From assembly GCA_964188305.1 (NCBI GenBank), contig OZ076890.1: 64,000 bases of DNA, one strand, 5' to 3'. Positions 63,329 through 64,000 of this stretch are shown in pieces. Below the pieces are notes generated by a model. The model was not told where the DNA came from. It ran no database searches and was given only the letters and a program-made list of their open reading frames with translations. This DNA comes from Podarcis bocagei. Lineage: Eukaryota. The stretch's first letter is position 1, and the number at the start of each line of letters is the position of its first letter. Position numbers and translations under genes: made by a program.

Positions 63329-63394
63329 ATGAAAGGCTTATATTGGCAGCAGAATTCATCTGGAGAAGAGCCCACTTTTGTTTTCCTGGAAAAG
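63329..63394 (+). CDS. CRYZL1: CRYZL1 (quinone oxidoreductase-like 1) first coding exon MKGLYWQQNSSGEEPTFVFLEK; exon 63323-63394; gene continues beyond window
   Basis: aag|gtcggaATG...AAG|gtaagt; resembles mammalian N-terminus [22 protein letters not shown]; synteny. Confidence 0.92.
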
Positions 63395-64000
63395 GTAAGT
63401 TATTTGCTTAAAGAAATATAAGACTGCATACACATCTAAAATATGTGATGCCATAATTTGTTTTAGAATAATGACAGCTTGCCATCTCATGTGATCTTGG
63501 ACAAACTGCGGCTAGTTGAAAGAAGCCAACTTCAAACTATAGTTTATAAAATGTCTTGATACAGCAAAGTGTTAAGACGAACCACAGTTTTCTGTTTAGC
63601 TTAAACAGCTAAGCTAAAGTTAACCTAAAACAACAGCAGAAACTTCCACTCTCCTTGCACTAGCTCCAGAAGAGACTTCTAGACTTATTCTTGTAATTCT
63701 GAACCATGGTTTAGCATTACATCTAAATGCCATCCCATCTCAGTGGACTTATAATGGCCAACCCATGGTTTGGCCTTTGGGGTGTGCTTTGGACTTGCCT
63801 GCTCCACTTTCTGTCTCAAGCTTAGATTCCCTTCCTTCCTGGTTAGCATAAAACTGTATTTAGGCAGAATTAGAAGTCATATTTTGAAGTGGATTTCCAA
63901 GTGCTGCATGCAGGTGAACTATAGTGTGAACACACCATAATTTGTCTGGTTCAGATCTAATTATAAACTATGGTCTGCCTAAATCATGACATGAGAAAGT

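Overview
Vertebrate genomic DNA, most likely a squamate (lizard), inferred from a full-length Sauria SINE. The window holds almost the whole short-isoform transcription unit of intersectin-1 (ITSN1) on the minus strand: a non-coding exon 1 in a CpG island (~59-60.9 kb), 27 coding exons that splice GT-AG in one continuous frame (3628 nt = 1209 codons plus the T of the split stop), and the ITSN1-S 3' UTR. The start of the terminal exon lies in a 212-N assembly gap, and the ITSN1-L (DH-PH-C2) exons lie outside the window. CRYZL1 starts head-to-head on the plus strand from the same CpG island, which carries a ZNF143/THAP11-type motif and CCAAT boxes. Introns contain many hAT, Tigger/pogo and Tc2-type MITEs, SINEs, CR1/L2/RTE/L1 fragments, a Tc1 transposase fossil and a probable DIRS recombinase relic. 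I found no convincing new multi-gene system. The best leads are the apparent absence of the neural VKGEW microexon, two upstream ORFs in the ITSN1 leader (one created by splicing), and a MITE carrying the same motif as the promoter. Comparisons to human sequence are from memory and need checking. Exon numbers follow the usual mammalian numbering.
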